A stretch of 63,695 nt of DNA, filler included, from Octopus bimaculoides (lineage: Eukaryota), in NCBI RefSeq assembly GCF_001194135.2. It is 6 parts of 5 records of this genome, joined end to end, with 100 filler letters (N's around TTAATTAATTAA, not from the genome) between each part and the next. Parts side by side here need not be neighbours in the genome. Positions count along the whole stretch, not along the records: positions 9,354 to 26,439 come from NC_068993.1; positions 26,540 to 55,418 come from NC_068981.1; 4 more parts are not named here. The stretch is one strand, 5' to 3'. The notes under the pieces are model-generated. The model saw nothing but the letters and a program-made list of their open reading frames with translations. It was not told the DNA's origin and did no database searches. A program made the position numbers and the translations under genes. Shown in pieces: positions 13,330 to 27,182 of the stretch (its first letter is position 1; the number at the start of each line of letters is the position of its first letter).

Positions 13330-13686
13330 GCATCAACCCCATTGCTCAACTGGTGCTCATTTTATCAACTGAAAAAGCATGAAATGCAGAGTTGACCTCA
13401 ACTGTATTCGAAGACAGACGAAATATCGCTAAGTGTCTCGATCGGCGTGCTAACGATTCTTATTTCATTATTGCCCACAAGGGGCTAAATATAGAAGGGA
13501 CAAACAAGAACAGACAAAGGGATTAAGTCGATTACATCGACCCCAGTGCGTAACTGGCACTTAATTTATCGACCCCGAAAGGATGAAAAGCATAGTCGAC
13601 CTCGGTGGAATTTGAACTCAGAACGTAACAGCAGACGAAATACCGCTAAGCATTTCGCACGGCGTGCTAACGATTCTGCCAGCTCA
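13330..13686 (-). mobile_element. Two tandem SINE family A copies (decayed 13330-13458; well preserved 13460-13686)
   Basis: The second copy is nearly collinear with 45438-45670, including the GGGGCTA..GGGACAAACAAG tail. Confidence 0.85.
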
Positions 13687-13851
13687 ACGTTTCTGTGCGT
13701 CTTTAATGCCATCGAATACGGTAAACGAGCGATACATTTCTTTCAACGTCCGGACTTGTATGAACTTAGTAACAACTATATTCGTTTGAAATCAAATAAA
13801 ATGAAGGTGAAGTGTCACAGTATAATATGATAAAAATGCAGTGGTTTTCAG

Positions 13852-13982
13852 CACTTGGATCTTTATTTGATTTTAATTTTGGAGAATTTAAGCCAGGTGT
13901 TGAATTATACTGCTGAGAAAATACGTAAACATTTGCGAACAAATTCGAAATCTGATGCCATCGTGTCATTCAACGAAAGCTG
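13852..13982 (+). other. Candidate exon, 131 bp
   Basis: ttttcag| acceptor and TG|gtaagt donor; phase-0 frame is open (HLDLYLILILENLSQVLNYTAEKIRKHLRTNSKSDAIVSFNES). No homology recognised. Confidence 0.2.
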
Positions 13983-14130
13983 GTAAGTCCACGAGAAGTG
14001 ATTAATCAATGAGATGTGCTGAATCGATGGGAATTAGTAAGTCGATAAAAACTGTAACTCAATGAGAATTGGTAATTCGGTGACAGCTCCAAAGTCGATG
14101 GAAATTGATAAGTCGATAATAATGCAGATC

Positions 14131-14132
14131 AC

Positions 14133-14195
<63 letters not shown>

Positions 14196-14570
14196 GAGCT
14201 TGGCTTTTGCTTTGTGTTTCTACCTGATGACTCCAAGTCTCACCCAGAGACCTCAAGAGACAGCGAGTTTGAAGTTCAAGTCGGTATTATGATTAGGGTA
14301 CCATATTTTTGGTTTTTCACAGAGTATTGTTCTAGAGATTGTCTTTCAAGACATAAGAACATCAAAAGTCGATTTTAAAAGTAATTTGATGATAATATGA
14401 TTTAAAGATGACAGTAAGACGTATTTTGCTATTATATACATTTAAAAGTACTTTTGATAATGTCAGATTAAAACGCTTTTGGAATTACATAGAGATTATA
14501 TTTTTCTTAGGATATCAGTAGTTGTTACAAACATTACTTTTTGGATTTCTTCTAATTTTAGATTTCCTTA

Positions 14571-14660
<90 letters not shown>
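14131..14660. repeat. Two (ATT)n arrays (14131-14195; 14572-14660 running into a gap)
   Basis: Direct reading. Confidence 0.95.
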
Positions 14661-16014
14661 NNNNNNNNNNNNNNNNNNNNNNNNNNNNNNNNNNNNNNNN
14701 NNNNNNNNNNNNNNNNNNNNNNNNNNNNNNNNNNNNNNNNNNNNNNNNNNNNNNNNNNNNNNNNNNNNNNNNNNNNNNNNNNNNNNNNNNNNNNNNNNNN
14801 NNNNNNNNNNNNNNNNNNNNNNNNNNNNNNNNNNNNNNNNNNNNNNNNNNNNNNNNNNNNNNNNNNNNNNNNNNNNNNNNNNNNNNNNNNNNNNNNNNNN
14901 NNNNNNNNNNNNNNNNNNNNNNNNNNNNNNNNNNNNNNNNNNNNNNNNNNNNNNNNTATATATATATATATATATATATATATGAAGCAGCAGGGCCATT
15001 CATTATTTATGGAGTTCATTTAGATTGCTCGCTGTAGAGTTGCTAATGAATGTAATGCTTTCTTCTTGCTTGGAGGTAACTGAGATTACAGATCGTTTCA
15101 GATGTTGCAACTAACATAGGAGCACTTGAGTTTTGTGGCTTCTCTGCTGAATATTTTCACACTTGGTGACCTCATTTACTAAAGAGTGTTAATATTGCTT
15201 AATCTTATCCTCCTACTACTACTTTTTCTCCTCTTCCACCCTTTTCTCCTTCTCCTTCTTTTTATCTTCCTCCTCTGAACTGAAGAGGGTGAGAGAAAGA
15301 GAGGGATAAAGATACACAGATGGATAGATAGATGGAGAGGGGTGTGAGCATTGTTTTATTTAAAACAATAGATTATTTGGTATACGCAAATTTCTAACGA
15401 TTGCGACAGGTTTATGTTGAAAGTAAAATGTGTTCTGCAATGCTTGTTCGACAAAATTTCAAACAGAAAAAAAAAAATTTAGAGAGAATTTAAGATATAG
15501 TGTATATGTATTTCTGTAGTAATTTTTAAAATCTAATATTTATGACTTGTGATCTTTGCAATTCCTAATGGGGTGAGATATAATACTATATGGTGTTCTC
15601 ACGTTATTATCTATGAGAAGGTACTGATACATAGAAATTATGCGACTAATAATATTTAATATAAATGCTAGATATTCTTGCTATAGATACGCCAATTTTA
15701 ACGCGAAAATGAATATGAAATTATTGGTATGAAATGGAACTATGTTTTTCTTGCTGTACTTTCTGAGTTTTCGTTTATTTCTTAAATTAGGTATAAATTT
15801 CCTCATTAAACACCCTCTGGTATCAGAATTCTGCAGATAATCACACTTATATCGTATCCCATCTTCATTCAATGTATATATCAGAGAATTAGCGCAAGAT
15901 TGTAGATTAATGATAAACATATATTTATTACATATAAAGTTAAAATTTATGACATTTTAATATAACTATTTATATTTTTATGTCGCCAAAAGAACTGGCC
16001 ATGTTCCTTTCTCT

Positions 16015-16234
16015 AATTATTGGTTTCAAATTTAGACGAGGTGTCGACAATTTCAGTGGAGGGGTAAGTCGATTACATCGACCCGAATGCTCTACTGGTA
16101 CTTAATTTATCGATTTCGCAAGGATCAATGTAAAGTCAACCTCGGCATGATTTGAACTCCAAACATAAAGACGGCCAAAATGCCGTTAAGATGGTGGCCC
16201 GGCGCGCTTAACGATTCTGCCAGCCTGCCGCCTT
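16015..16234 (-). mobile_element. SINE family A
   Basis: GTAAGTCGATTACATCGACCC..ACTGGTACTTAATTTATCGA..AACGATTCTGCCAGC. Confidence 0.85.
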
Positions 16235-17042
16235 TGTTTTAAAATTATTATTACCCTAAGACGTTGGACGAAATTCAGGGGCTTCTAGACCAATACAGTT
16301 GAACGACGCACCTCTTATTGCAGCTCAGAAAATATTACAATCACGTCTAAAAGGAAGAGAAACAGTTCACTTGCACAACGATATTATGCTCCACAATTCC
16401 AAATTGCTACCGACGTAAGGTTCTTTTTTAACAGTTCAAAAATACGACAGTCCAAAAGTACATTTTAGCAGAATTTGATATTGAAACAAACATATGTGAA
16501 GTCTCTTTTGGCTATGTTGACTATATTAGTTTTTCTTATAAGAACCAAGGAATATTTCTTGACGCCCAATGCCGAGAACGAACATATACTTAAGAATGTT
16601 ACTCCATTCAGAACAGGATGCCTTTTAGTTTGTTGTTCTGAATGGTCTTTATCTGGTGCTATTTACCAAACATAAAGTTTAATCAGGTACTCGTTGAAAT
16701 TTTATTAACCTGGCTATATAAATACACGCAATATATATATACATATATAATGTTACTTCGGTTTATCAGAAAATCTAAGTGTATATCAGAATCAGATAGT
16801 ATCTACATGTATTTAGCAAACTGAAATTACAAAATCAATGATATGTCTATTGTTTCGGGTATCGCTATATACATACAAACTTATTGGCTACTTTAAATAA
16901 TTGATGAATAAGTCAGAAGAAACAATGATTCTAACGTCTTAATGTTTAGCTTAATCGTGAAATTCTATTACAATTTTATGTTTTCTTACCCTTTTTCAGC
17001 AATCACAAACACACACACATATCACACACACACATACACACA

Positions 17043-17090
<48 letters not shown>

Positions 17091-18918
17091 CGTATATATA
17101 TATATATATANNNNNNNNNNNNNNNNNNNNNNNNNNNNNNNNNNNNNNNNNNNNNNNNNNNNNNNNNNNNNNNNNNNNNNNNNNNNNNNNNNNNNNNNNN
17201 NNNNNNNNNNNNNNNNNNNNNNNNNNNNNNNNNNNNNNNNNNNNNNNNNNNNNNNNNNNNNNNNNNNNNNNNNNNNNNNNNNNNNNNNNNNNNNNNNNNN
17301 NNNNNNNNNNNNNNNNNNNNNNNNNNNNNNNNNNNNNNNNNNNNNATATATATGTATCTATGTGTATATGTAATTAAGTCAAGATTAATGTTTCATGCGA
17401 ATGTTTACAATTTGTTTTTGTGCAGCGAGAAGAGATTTTCTTTTATGTCCAACTCGTGACAACAGCAGCAAAGGAAACACTTTTCAATTCTCTTGAAATC
17501 AACGTCTTTCATTTCGTATTATGTTAAAGAAAAAATTAATTTAACTTTTTAATTGCTAGACCTGTCACATATTCGCTGAAAGAAATCTTACAGCAATATC
17601 ATAAAGTTACATAATATATAAGGTCAGCTTGTACGTTAGATAGAATTTTATGGCATCTATACATAGTTTATGGCCTCGTTACAGTCTCGTATTATATGTT
17701 TTAGCACGAACATAATTTATGTTGGACAGGGAATTACTAGACGGACTTGTAAAGATTTATTTAACCGTTAGATTAGAAAGCATAAGATTTTTCTGGCAGT
17801 AAAAGACAAGCTTTATAACGAAAAACGAAAGTTCCGTGAGAACTGCTGTTACCGAATACAATATCTGTTTCTCTGCTCATAAAGCCAGAGAGTAGATTAA
17901 TGAAATTTGCCTGATTTGATAACGCTACGAGAAGGAAATTTTTTTTCAAACTACACAAATACTAAACTTACTGTTTTACAACTCGTGTATCCGTATAAAC
18001 ACATTATGAAAACGTGAATCTTGTATTATTTTATAATCGGCTTTACCGCTTTGTTATTTAAAAACACAAAATGTAAGCGAATTGGAAATTATCTGTCAGA
18101 TTCAAGCAAAGCAATCCTCAAAGTGAATGTCCTTTCCAAACAACATATTGCTTGACGTTTCTAGATCTGCAAAAATATAGCTTTTCATATTATGTTAATT
18201 CTTATCACTGATATGAAGATTTCCTCGGACAGATTTTAAATAGAATAAAAACTTGAAATCCAGTATTATCTTCACACACCAAACTATTTAACTTCGCGAG
18301 TTCTGTAAACTATTCGACTAAAATTATTTTTTCCGATGGCAAAATATACATTTAAATGATCGCATATTTAAATGATCACGATGTGGGGAAATGACAATTT
18401 CCCCTCATTGATTTTTTGAGGCGAATAGATTTTCGGGGATTATTTGAGTGAAATGTAGGGTAGCACTGAAAACAGAATTCTTTCGTTGCGAAATAAATGT
18501 AGAAACAGTTGAGAAACGTTTGCATTTATCCAGATTTTCGCATCGTAATATACCATCAGAGCCTCCACAAGGAATATAAAAAGACAGGTTAATGTTGCTG
18601 ACAGGAGGTTGAATGAGAATTAAAGGTGCTGGCACGTTAATGCGCCAGCTCTAAGATTTGATCTTCAGAAAAGAAGAGGTTGGCAAAGAACCCAAATTCG
18701 CTCTCTTCAATTCAGCCGAGCCGACCGGAAGGAAAACGAGGTGTAGAGCAAGAACAACATGGTTGCAGCCTCCTCTAGGAGTCTATCCAGGAAGTCTAAT
18801 GATGTTTGCTTCTAATAAAATCCTATTAAGGTGGTCCGTTAGAACTCTTCCCCACCAGCCCTCTGAGGAACAGTGAACGCAGAACATGGATGTATAGTAC
18901 AAAATGCCATTAATCGAT

Positions 18919-18956
<38 letters not shown>

Positions 18957-19029
18957 GCATATATACGCACGCTCACACGCGCACGCACACACATGCATAC
19001 ATACATACGTACATACACACATACATAAA

Positions 19030-19415
19030 TATCTTTTACTTGTTTCAGTCATTAGACAGCGGCCAACTGGAGCAGCATCTTGAAGAATTTAAGTCGAACG
19101 AATCGGCCCCACTATTATATTTTTAAAGCCTGGTACTTATTCTATCGGGGTCTTGTGACGAACCGCTATGTTATGGTGACATAGACACATCAACACCGGT
19201 TGACAAGTGGTGGTTGAGCGACAATCACAGACACAAAGACAAGCGCATGTATAAGTCGGGCTTCTTTTGAGTTTCCGTCTATCAAATCCACTCACAAGAC
19301 CTTGGTATGCCCAAGGCTACAGTAGAAGTCACTTGCTGAAAGTGCAACGTAGTGGAACTGAACCCGGAACCATGCTGTTATGAAGCAAGCTTCTTACCAC
19401 ACAGCCAGACCTACG
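19030..19415 (-). mobile_element. SINE family B, full length
   Basis: Collinear reverse complement of 29020-29425 from head to the GACTGAAACAAGTAAAAGA tail. Confidence 0.85.
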
Positions 19416-19934
19416 TTGTGGTTATGGATGCAGCAGGCATTTTTCCAGCGAGAGGGATCGTTATTGTAGATGTCTAGTTGTTAGCATGTAGAACTAATCA
19501 TAAATCGCAAGGTGTGTATGTATTTTATGCTCCTATTATCAACCAAGTGATAATGCATACAACGATTAGAAATTGCAAATACTGTGTTCGCCATGCTTTC
19601 TGTTTAGTAACCTGCAACCATAGGGATGACAAGATTTTTCAGCTACTTAATGCAGGTCCATTGCGTAATACAAAATGCTTTAAGCTGGGGTTTTCAATCG
19701 AGGGATTTCTTTTAAATAATCGCACACTGATGGATACAAGTAGCAATTAAATGTTGTCATCCTGGAAAACACGAATATTTTGCTTAAAGGAAAGGGGAAT
19801 ATTGCTGTTTGATACAGTCCTTGAGTTTCATTTCTTTTTCCTTCTGTTTTCTTTAGCAATAAAGAAAAAAACGTAATTTTATTTGATAATATCATGGTTT
19901 CTAATTTAAGCCCGATGCTAGTAGTTTTGAGAAG

Positions 19935-20550
19935 AGGCGGATAGTCGAAAGTATCAACTACTGAAGTACTTTTAACGACTTCAAAGGACTAAAGACAAAG
20001 TTGACCATGACGCCAATTGAATTCAGAATGTAAAATGCCTGAACAAATACCGCAATTCGTTTTCCCTGAAGATGTAATGAAGTTAGTTGCTGGCCGCCTT
20101 TGAACACATGGCAAAAAGAAGTATGCCACATAGATATGCGGGTTCTAACTTTCGGCACAAAGCCTGCTAGTGCGGGTGAAGGAGCAACTCGATAACAGCG
20201 ACCCCAGTGCATAACTGGTACTTATTTTATTGACCTTGAAAGAATGAAAGGCAGTCAACTTTGGTGGAATTTGAACTCAGAACGTAAAGACGGATGAAAT
20301 ATTACGAAGCTTTTTGTCCGGGGCGGTAACGATTCCTCCAGCTCACGGACTTAGGCTACACCAAGTTCAGGGAAAGATGTAAGTCGATTACATCGACCCA
20401 AGCTTTCAACTGTTACTTTTTTATTGTCCCCAAAAGGATGAAAGGTAAAACTGACCTCTGCAGAATTTGAACTCAGAATATAAAAACGGACGAAATGTCG
20501 CGTAGCAATTTCTACGGCGCAGTAACGATTCTGCCAGCCCCCCCCCCCGA
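19935..20550 (-). mobile_element. Three head-to-tail SINE family A copies (19935-20102, 20145-20347, 20360-20545)
   Basis: Each carries the AAAG..GTCGACC..GAATTTGAACTCAGAA..GAAAT..AACGATTC motif order, at different levels of decay. Confidence 0.85.
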
Positions 20551-21289
20551 TTTGAGCTATATAGATTTTAAGACCTTAGTTCATGTCTTCTGATTCATAG
20601 AGTCACTACCAAATATTTTCATCGCTCTGTTTCATGTTGTGATGTGCCCGTTGAGCAGACTATATCAGCTAGATGTACTTCTTACAGAATACGTAAATCA
20701 CCATGTTTCTTTTCTGCTTCCAACTATTTATAAAATGTCATTAGACAGGAAGGTTGCTATGTTTTGCAGGTTCAGTAAGAAGAAGCTTAGTAATTAGTTT
20801 CCACGTGTCGAGTGTAAGCCGTTGACCTTATCAGCAACCTCCTGAAACCTAACAAGAACACAGACTGAATTCTTAAGTAAAGCTAAACTTTCCCTCCGGT
20901 CTTAAAACAAAATTCCGATGAGGTATCAGGGACGTTACTCTGACAGTTTGTTGCTCATACATAATCATACAAGAAAGATAAACTGATATCAAACCAATAA
21001 TTAATATTCATAGGCGATATTTCCTTTAAGCCGATTTATGATATATTAAATAATACGCGACGTTCAGACATGCAGTGGTCCAGCACCAAACCAGCCGTAA
21101 TTTTTAGACTCGTAACCACCGGCCTTGTGTAATCCAATCGTTTTTTCCTTACCTCAAGGACCAGAATATCCAAAATTTAATTTCCTTCTTTAAGATAATT
21201 TCAGAAAAAGATTTCGTTGCAATTTGTAACAGGTTGAGTGACAACAATCAGTGTGTCAGGTTGGGGAACATATCTATTCTGATAGTAAT

Positions 21290-21473
21290 ATTAGTTTCAA
21301 AGATCGGGAGAGGAGTTAATCCGATTATTTCTATCCCAGTGCTCAACTCGTACTTATTTTATCGACCCCGAATTAATGGATGGCAAACTCGACCTCGCCG
21401 GAGTCTGATCTCAGACGAAATACTGCTACGTATTTTGCCCGGCCTGCTAACCATTCTGCCAACACGCTGCCCT
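21290..21473 (-). mobile_element. SINE family A
   Basis: CCCAGTGCTCAACTCGTACTTATTTTATCGACCCCGAA..ACCATTCTGCCAACACGC. Confidence 0.8.
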
Positions 21474-21498
21474 ATTCTGATATTAAAGCACCCACTCA

Positions 21499-21850
21499 GA
21501 CGGTGAGCTGGGAGAATGGTTACCACGCCTAGCATAAGGCTTAGTAGAATTTCCTCCGCCTCTACGTTCTGAGTTCAAATTCCGCCGAAGTCAACTTTAC
21601 CTTTCATGCTTTAGGGGGGTCGATAAAATAAGTACCAGTTGAACACTGGGGTCGATATAATCGACTCACCCTCTTCCCCGAAATTGCTGGCCTTGTGCCA
21701 AAATTTAAAATAAATATCGAAGAACCCCTAAAATGGTGCACTGGCAGAATCTTTATCACGTTTGGCAAAATGCTTAACGGGATTTCGTCCGTCTTCTATA
21801 TCAAATTCTGCCGAGGTGGACTTTACCTTATGCCAAAAACTGAAACCAAT
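21499..21850 (+). mobile_element. SINE family A, full copy (21499-21718) plus internally deleted copy (21740-21850)
   Basis: GACGGTGAGCTGGGAGAATGG..GTTCTGAGTTCAAATTCC head with A- and B-box-like motifs. Confidence 0.85.
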
Positions 21851-22778
21851 TTTAAGGAACCATCCGTAAAATTTGGTAACTCACAAACACTCTCAAAACT
21901 GCACGATTGATAAACAGCTTTTTAGAAATAAATTTCATGTCAATTTATTAGATGTCCTGAGGAAAATATGCAAGAAAAAAAAATCGAACTCAGAAAATCT
22001 CACTGCTTGAAACAATAGGAAATTAAATCGAAGATTGATTTCTCACTGTTAAAGCAATCACCGATGCCAACCGATAAAGTACAAACGAATCAGCTATGCA
22101 GCGTAAGTGTATGTTTAAAAAAAAACAACGTCTTTTATGACTTCTTAATTAGACAAGTCTTCTCTTTGAAGATTTGTCTAATTAAAATTGCTACTGCGCG
22201 AGAATAGACGGAAGCTGGCAGCAAATGATGGCCAAAAGATATAAAAATAGAAATAAAATTTTCAAAATAAAATTGGACTCAGCAGCAAGAAAAAAGAAAG
22301 AACAAAATTTTGAACGGGATCCATTATACTGGAACACCAAAAGTAGTCTGTTATATCAGTAGGCATTTTTGTACCAGCGGCTTTGATCAACTGTCCCACA
22401 AAAGAGCAAAGCATTTTCTGCCACTCAATTCTGTGGTCTTAGATATTCATTTATCCTCGTGAACCGAGTCACGATGTGGAAAATAGAAAATTCGAAATCT
22501 TTTTGGACTTGATTTCTGAATAATGGAAATACAACTAAAATTTATAGTTGTTGAAAGTATTATGTTGATAGGCCGCAGATGTTGGTCAAATTCCACTTTC
22601 ATAATGGGATTCTAATACGTGGTTCTTTAAGAAAATAATCAGTAAACTAAGCGGGAGAAATGCGAGATGTTAAACACTGAAATACAAGTCATTACTCTAC
22701 AACAATTAAACTTATTTTTACCTAATTATTACACCGTATGAACACACGACAAGAAGAGATATACCATGTAGATATTAA

Positions 22779-22980
22779 GGTTTCAGTGTTTGGCAGAAGG
22801 CCAGCAATGTCGTGTGAGTAGGTAAGTCGGTTACATAGACCTCAGTGCTCAACTGGTACTCATTTGATTAAATCCGAAAGGATGAAAAATAATGTCCAAC
22901 TCAGGGGAATTTGAACTCAGACGAAATGCTGCTAAGCATTTTGTCTGACACGGTAACGATTCTGCCAGCTCGCCGCCTTT
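22779..22980 (-). mobile_element. SINE family A
   Basis: Ends in AACGATTCTGCCAGCTCGCCGCC, the reverse complement of the head. Confidence 0.85.
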
Positions 22981-24387
22981 CGATCATTTAATATTAAAAC
23001 ATATTTCCACTAATCAAGCTGCATTTTATAATAAAAAGCTTCAATGAAAATCCACTGACGTCGTGTCGAGAAATGTGCCATGAATGGATCCACGAATCCA
23101 ATATTACGTGACATAGAAATCATGATAATAATTCGTTGTAATTAAGGAAAATAGAAATATTGATCCTTATAGTCACAAACTTGAGATGCAGTTTTCATTG
23201 TCTGTTAATGAGAAACGTATACCTTTTTCACGATCAAATATCTCCATCACATAGCACGAATATGTCACCTGATAAAAAAATCATCATTTAAGACCCAGGT
23301 TGGTTCTCAAAGAATATTGCACAATATTGATTTTCACGTCTTTCCCCGGAATCGTGTGCTTTGGACATTATTATTCAAAGAATCGTTTCTTTAATTTTAC
23401 TATCAGAATGTGATTACAAGAAAATCTGTAAGAAATTCGACTGCTATTCATAAGAAATCATGAGATCATGTATAGGTTCTCTCTTTGTTTCTAGATTGTA
23501 CCAAGATTGTTGGTATCTTAGTTTAGGTTTAACTTCAAAATCTTGAAGTATTGATTTTCACTTTCATCGTTTTCAAGTCGGCGATATAAATATCTGATCC
23601 GACATATAGCTTGACATGTGTGGTACACTTTATGTGATAATGACTTCTGTCATGAGATAGCAGTCAGAACTAAGTAAAATGATTGGACATAATGCATTAG
23701 TGATTCTCATGCAACACGTCGAAAATATCTGAAAATCCTAATCTTTTAATTATTTAGTGTAGATTACAGGAATAAGTCTTTATTATCTCATCTACATTAG
23801 CCATTCAAGAAATACTTTCATACTGGAAACAGAGATCACAACGAGAAACAGATTCAACTATACCAGTGATAATTTGATTTGGCGCCAGACCACATTTTTG
23901 AAGAGGTCTATAGTTGGATTGATTCCTAGTATAACATTGATATTTATTTTATCGACTAAAGATGAATGGAAATCATTGTTAACCTCTGAATGATTTCCAG
24001 TCACTATGTTGTCCAGTTGTTTACCGTTTGTGCTTCTCAGTACTTTCATTGCTATACCAATAATGATTATTTTTAATAGGCGCAATGAAACACTGTTTAC
24101 ACGTTTGGTGTTAGATATACTGGTTCAACCTCAATATCATATCGATATTTATTTCTTTAAAAAATTGGAAATGGAAGACGAAGAGTATTTCGTTAGAATT
24201 TGATATTACAAAGTTAGATATACAGCTTTCAAAAAAAAAAAAAAAAAAAAAAAAATCGTTGCTGGAACGCTTCCTCCTCCCGGTCATTGAATTACAACAA
24301 GAAAGAAGAGCTACATGTTAATATGAAAAGGATAGTGCAATACTGGAGCGTGTACAGTAGATATGCCTTTGTAAAATTATACCGCCT

Positions 24388-24690
24388 CTATACAGTATTC
24401 TCATTCTGAACTAAATAAAGAACACAACATATATTTTCATAAGTTGAACACTTTAAGCAGTTAATCCTTTTTCGATTGAAACAAAAATAAGTCTAAATTA
24501 CGAAAGAATATAAATACACAGCTTTCGCAAGAAAATGTCACTACTGTACAGAATTTTCATTCCGAACTAAATAAAGGCAAAACGTATGTTCTCTATAAGG
24601 AGAATCCTTTACAAAGTCCACTTTCGACTGTAATTCGTTACAAATCGAAACAAAAATAGTCATCTAATAAAAAATATAACACACTCTACT
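24388..24690. repeat. Old tandem duplication, unit about 155 bp
   Basis: TACAG..TTTCATTC(T/C)GAACTAAATAAAG and GAAACAAAAATA..T recur with a period of about 155 bp. Confidence 0.7.
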
Positions 24691-25929
24691 ACTAAAAGTA
24701 TTCAGTACATTAATTTGTAACTTTTGATCTTAAAAGCAAACATTCAAGAATATATTGTAAAAAGCATGTAGTTGTTGTTTAATCTGAGGCCACCGCTTTA
24801 GGAGCAAACGTATGATCTTATAACTAGCGCTACGATGACGAAGGTATCTTTCATTTTTAAAACGGATAGGTTTGATTTGAGATGGTTTTAGCTTTTATTT
24901 GTAGTGGCTTGACCAAGCTTATGAAACACACTCTTTGGTCCGACAGTCAGACGGTTTTGTTTTGAGGAAATTTCCAATAGACTTGCCTATGTAGTCTATA
25001 GAAATGAAGGAGAATTTTGTGTAATGTTAATCTAAACAGAAATTCTCATCTGTGAATTAAACCAAATTTAATTTTAGCACTATAAATTGGATCGATCCAG
25101 CTTTAGTGATGTATAGTTCTTTAGAATATCTTTGTGCTAACATTGTCTATGTTACCAAAACTGATGCAAAGAGAACCAGTAGATGGTTCAAATGGTACGA
25201 ATTCAATTTATATTAGTTTTTATCGATGAATACGCAACATGTAACAAAATATAAATCTAGTATATTAACTTATAGTGAGTTATTACAATTCCGAGACATC
25301 TAAATACCTCACTAAATACTATTAAAACATTGAGTTTCATCAAAGTTACGGATTGTCTGTATCGATACAGCGTCGGGTGAAAATGTTTTTTATTTATGTA
25401 CTAACAAAACCTTCTTTTTCAGATAGTACAAGGAATGTTATATCCATACATACCAGTTACAACGGATTCTTTTAAACACTGTCCATTTAATTCTCTAGAT
25501 TTTCTGTCCTTCAATGAATATCATAAATCAATATTTAGTTTTAGATACTTTATGATATGAAATTAAAAATTGCTTTATTTAGGATTTTATTATGAATCCC
25601 AGCAGCAGATAATATAGTAGGTAGCCGTAATACACTTGCTTATAAAGTTCTTTTATATAAAAAAGAAAATCCTAAAGAAAGTGTTAAGGAATGCTGCTGT
25701 TTGAACTACTTGCCCTCAATAATCACGTTTTGAGTCATGGCATTCTAAGACGTATCACAATTTACCCTAAGGCATAATCAAGAAGTTAATATATTTTGTA
25801 GAGGAAAACAAAAATAATTAGGATTGTGGAGGGAAAATAATAAAAAAATACAATAATGATAATGATTAAAAATATATTTGCATTATTTTCAAATAGGTTT
25901 TACAGTACAGTATAGAATGGTGAAAACCT

Positions 25930-25941
25930 ATGATGATGATG

Positions 25942-26028
<87 letters not shown>

Positions 26029-26235
26029 GTAATAATAATAATAATAATAAAAGAATATAATGCAACGAAAATTTTCATAAAAAAGATGAGAAAATATGAA
26101 ATTTGAATTGGATTGAATTATATTACAATAATGATGATGATAATAATGATGATTATAATGATAATAATAATGATGATAATGATAATGATGATGATGATGA
26201 TAATAATAATAATAATAATAACAATGATGATAGTA

Positions 26236-26270
<35 letters not shown>

Positions 26271-26305
26271 AATAATACTAATAATAATAGTAATAATAAT
26301 AAAAT
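25930..26305. repeat. Mixed (AAT)n/(GAT)n triplet arrays
   Basis: Direct reading. Confidence 0.95.
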
Positions 26306-26439
26306 CAGTAAGAAGGAGGAGAAAAGGAATAATAATTTTCATTTTATGATTATATGTGTATGTAAGTATGTATGTATATATACATATATATCATATATAT
26401 TATATATGCATATCATGTATATATATATATATATATATA

Positions 26440-26539
26440 NNNNNNNNNNNNNNNNNNNNNNNNNNNNNNNNNNNNNNNNNNNNTTAATTAATTAANNNNN
26501 NNNNNNNNNNNNNNNNNNNNNNNNNNNNNNNNNNNNNNN
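26440..26539. other. Artificial assembly linker N44-TTAATTAATTAA-N44
   Basis: Same 100-bp block. Confidence 0.95.
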
Positions 26540-26608
26540 AAATTGGTTGCGTACTACTCGAGTTTTAGGGATTCACACAGACAGACAGACAGACAGACAC
26601 ACATTCTC

Positions 26609-26658
<50 letters not shown>

Positions 26659-27182
26659 GTGTGTGTGTGTGCGTGCGCGCGCGCGTGTATGTTTTTTGTG
26701 TGTATAGATAGATAGATAAATAGATAGGTAGATAAATATGTGTATACACACATACATTATATACATACATAGTTTTTGTTTCTCTACATCTTCATAACTA
26801 AATTCTCCTTATATTTGTTGGCTTCTTTGCCTGCAGCAACAACTTCTTATTTTGTTTAAACCTTGCTGTTTTTTGCACTAATTCGTTTCCTTTCATTCAA
26901 TACTAAATGTTTGCGTAATTCTGCTATAGGTATTTCATAATAAATTTCTGTTTGCAGGTGGACATTGCTTCCCTGTATTTCTTGTAAGCTTTATTATGTT
27001 AAATTTTATGTAGTGTATCCTTCACCCTTTCACTACTAATTCTCTTAGTATCTAGTTGACAATAAAGTAACCATTACTTATTATCGAGACAGCTAGACTA
27101 TTGATGCTTCTTAATCTCAACTCTTTCCATTCGTCTTTACTTTGAAATGTTAGTTAATGCCTCTATAATATTTCTACTTGAG

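Noticed and set aside
14222-14270. CCTGATGACTC as a hammerhead core
   Set aside because: No correctly placed GAAA.
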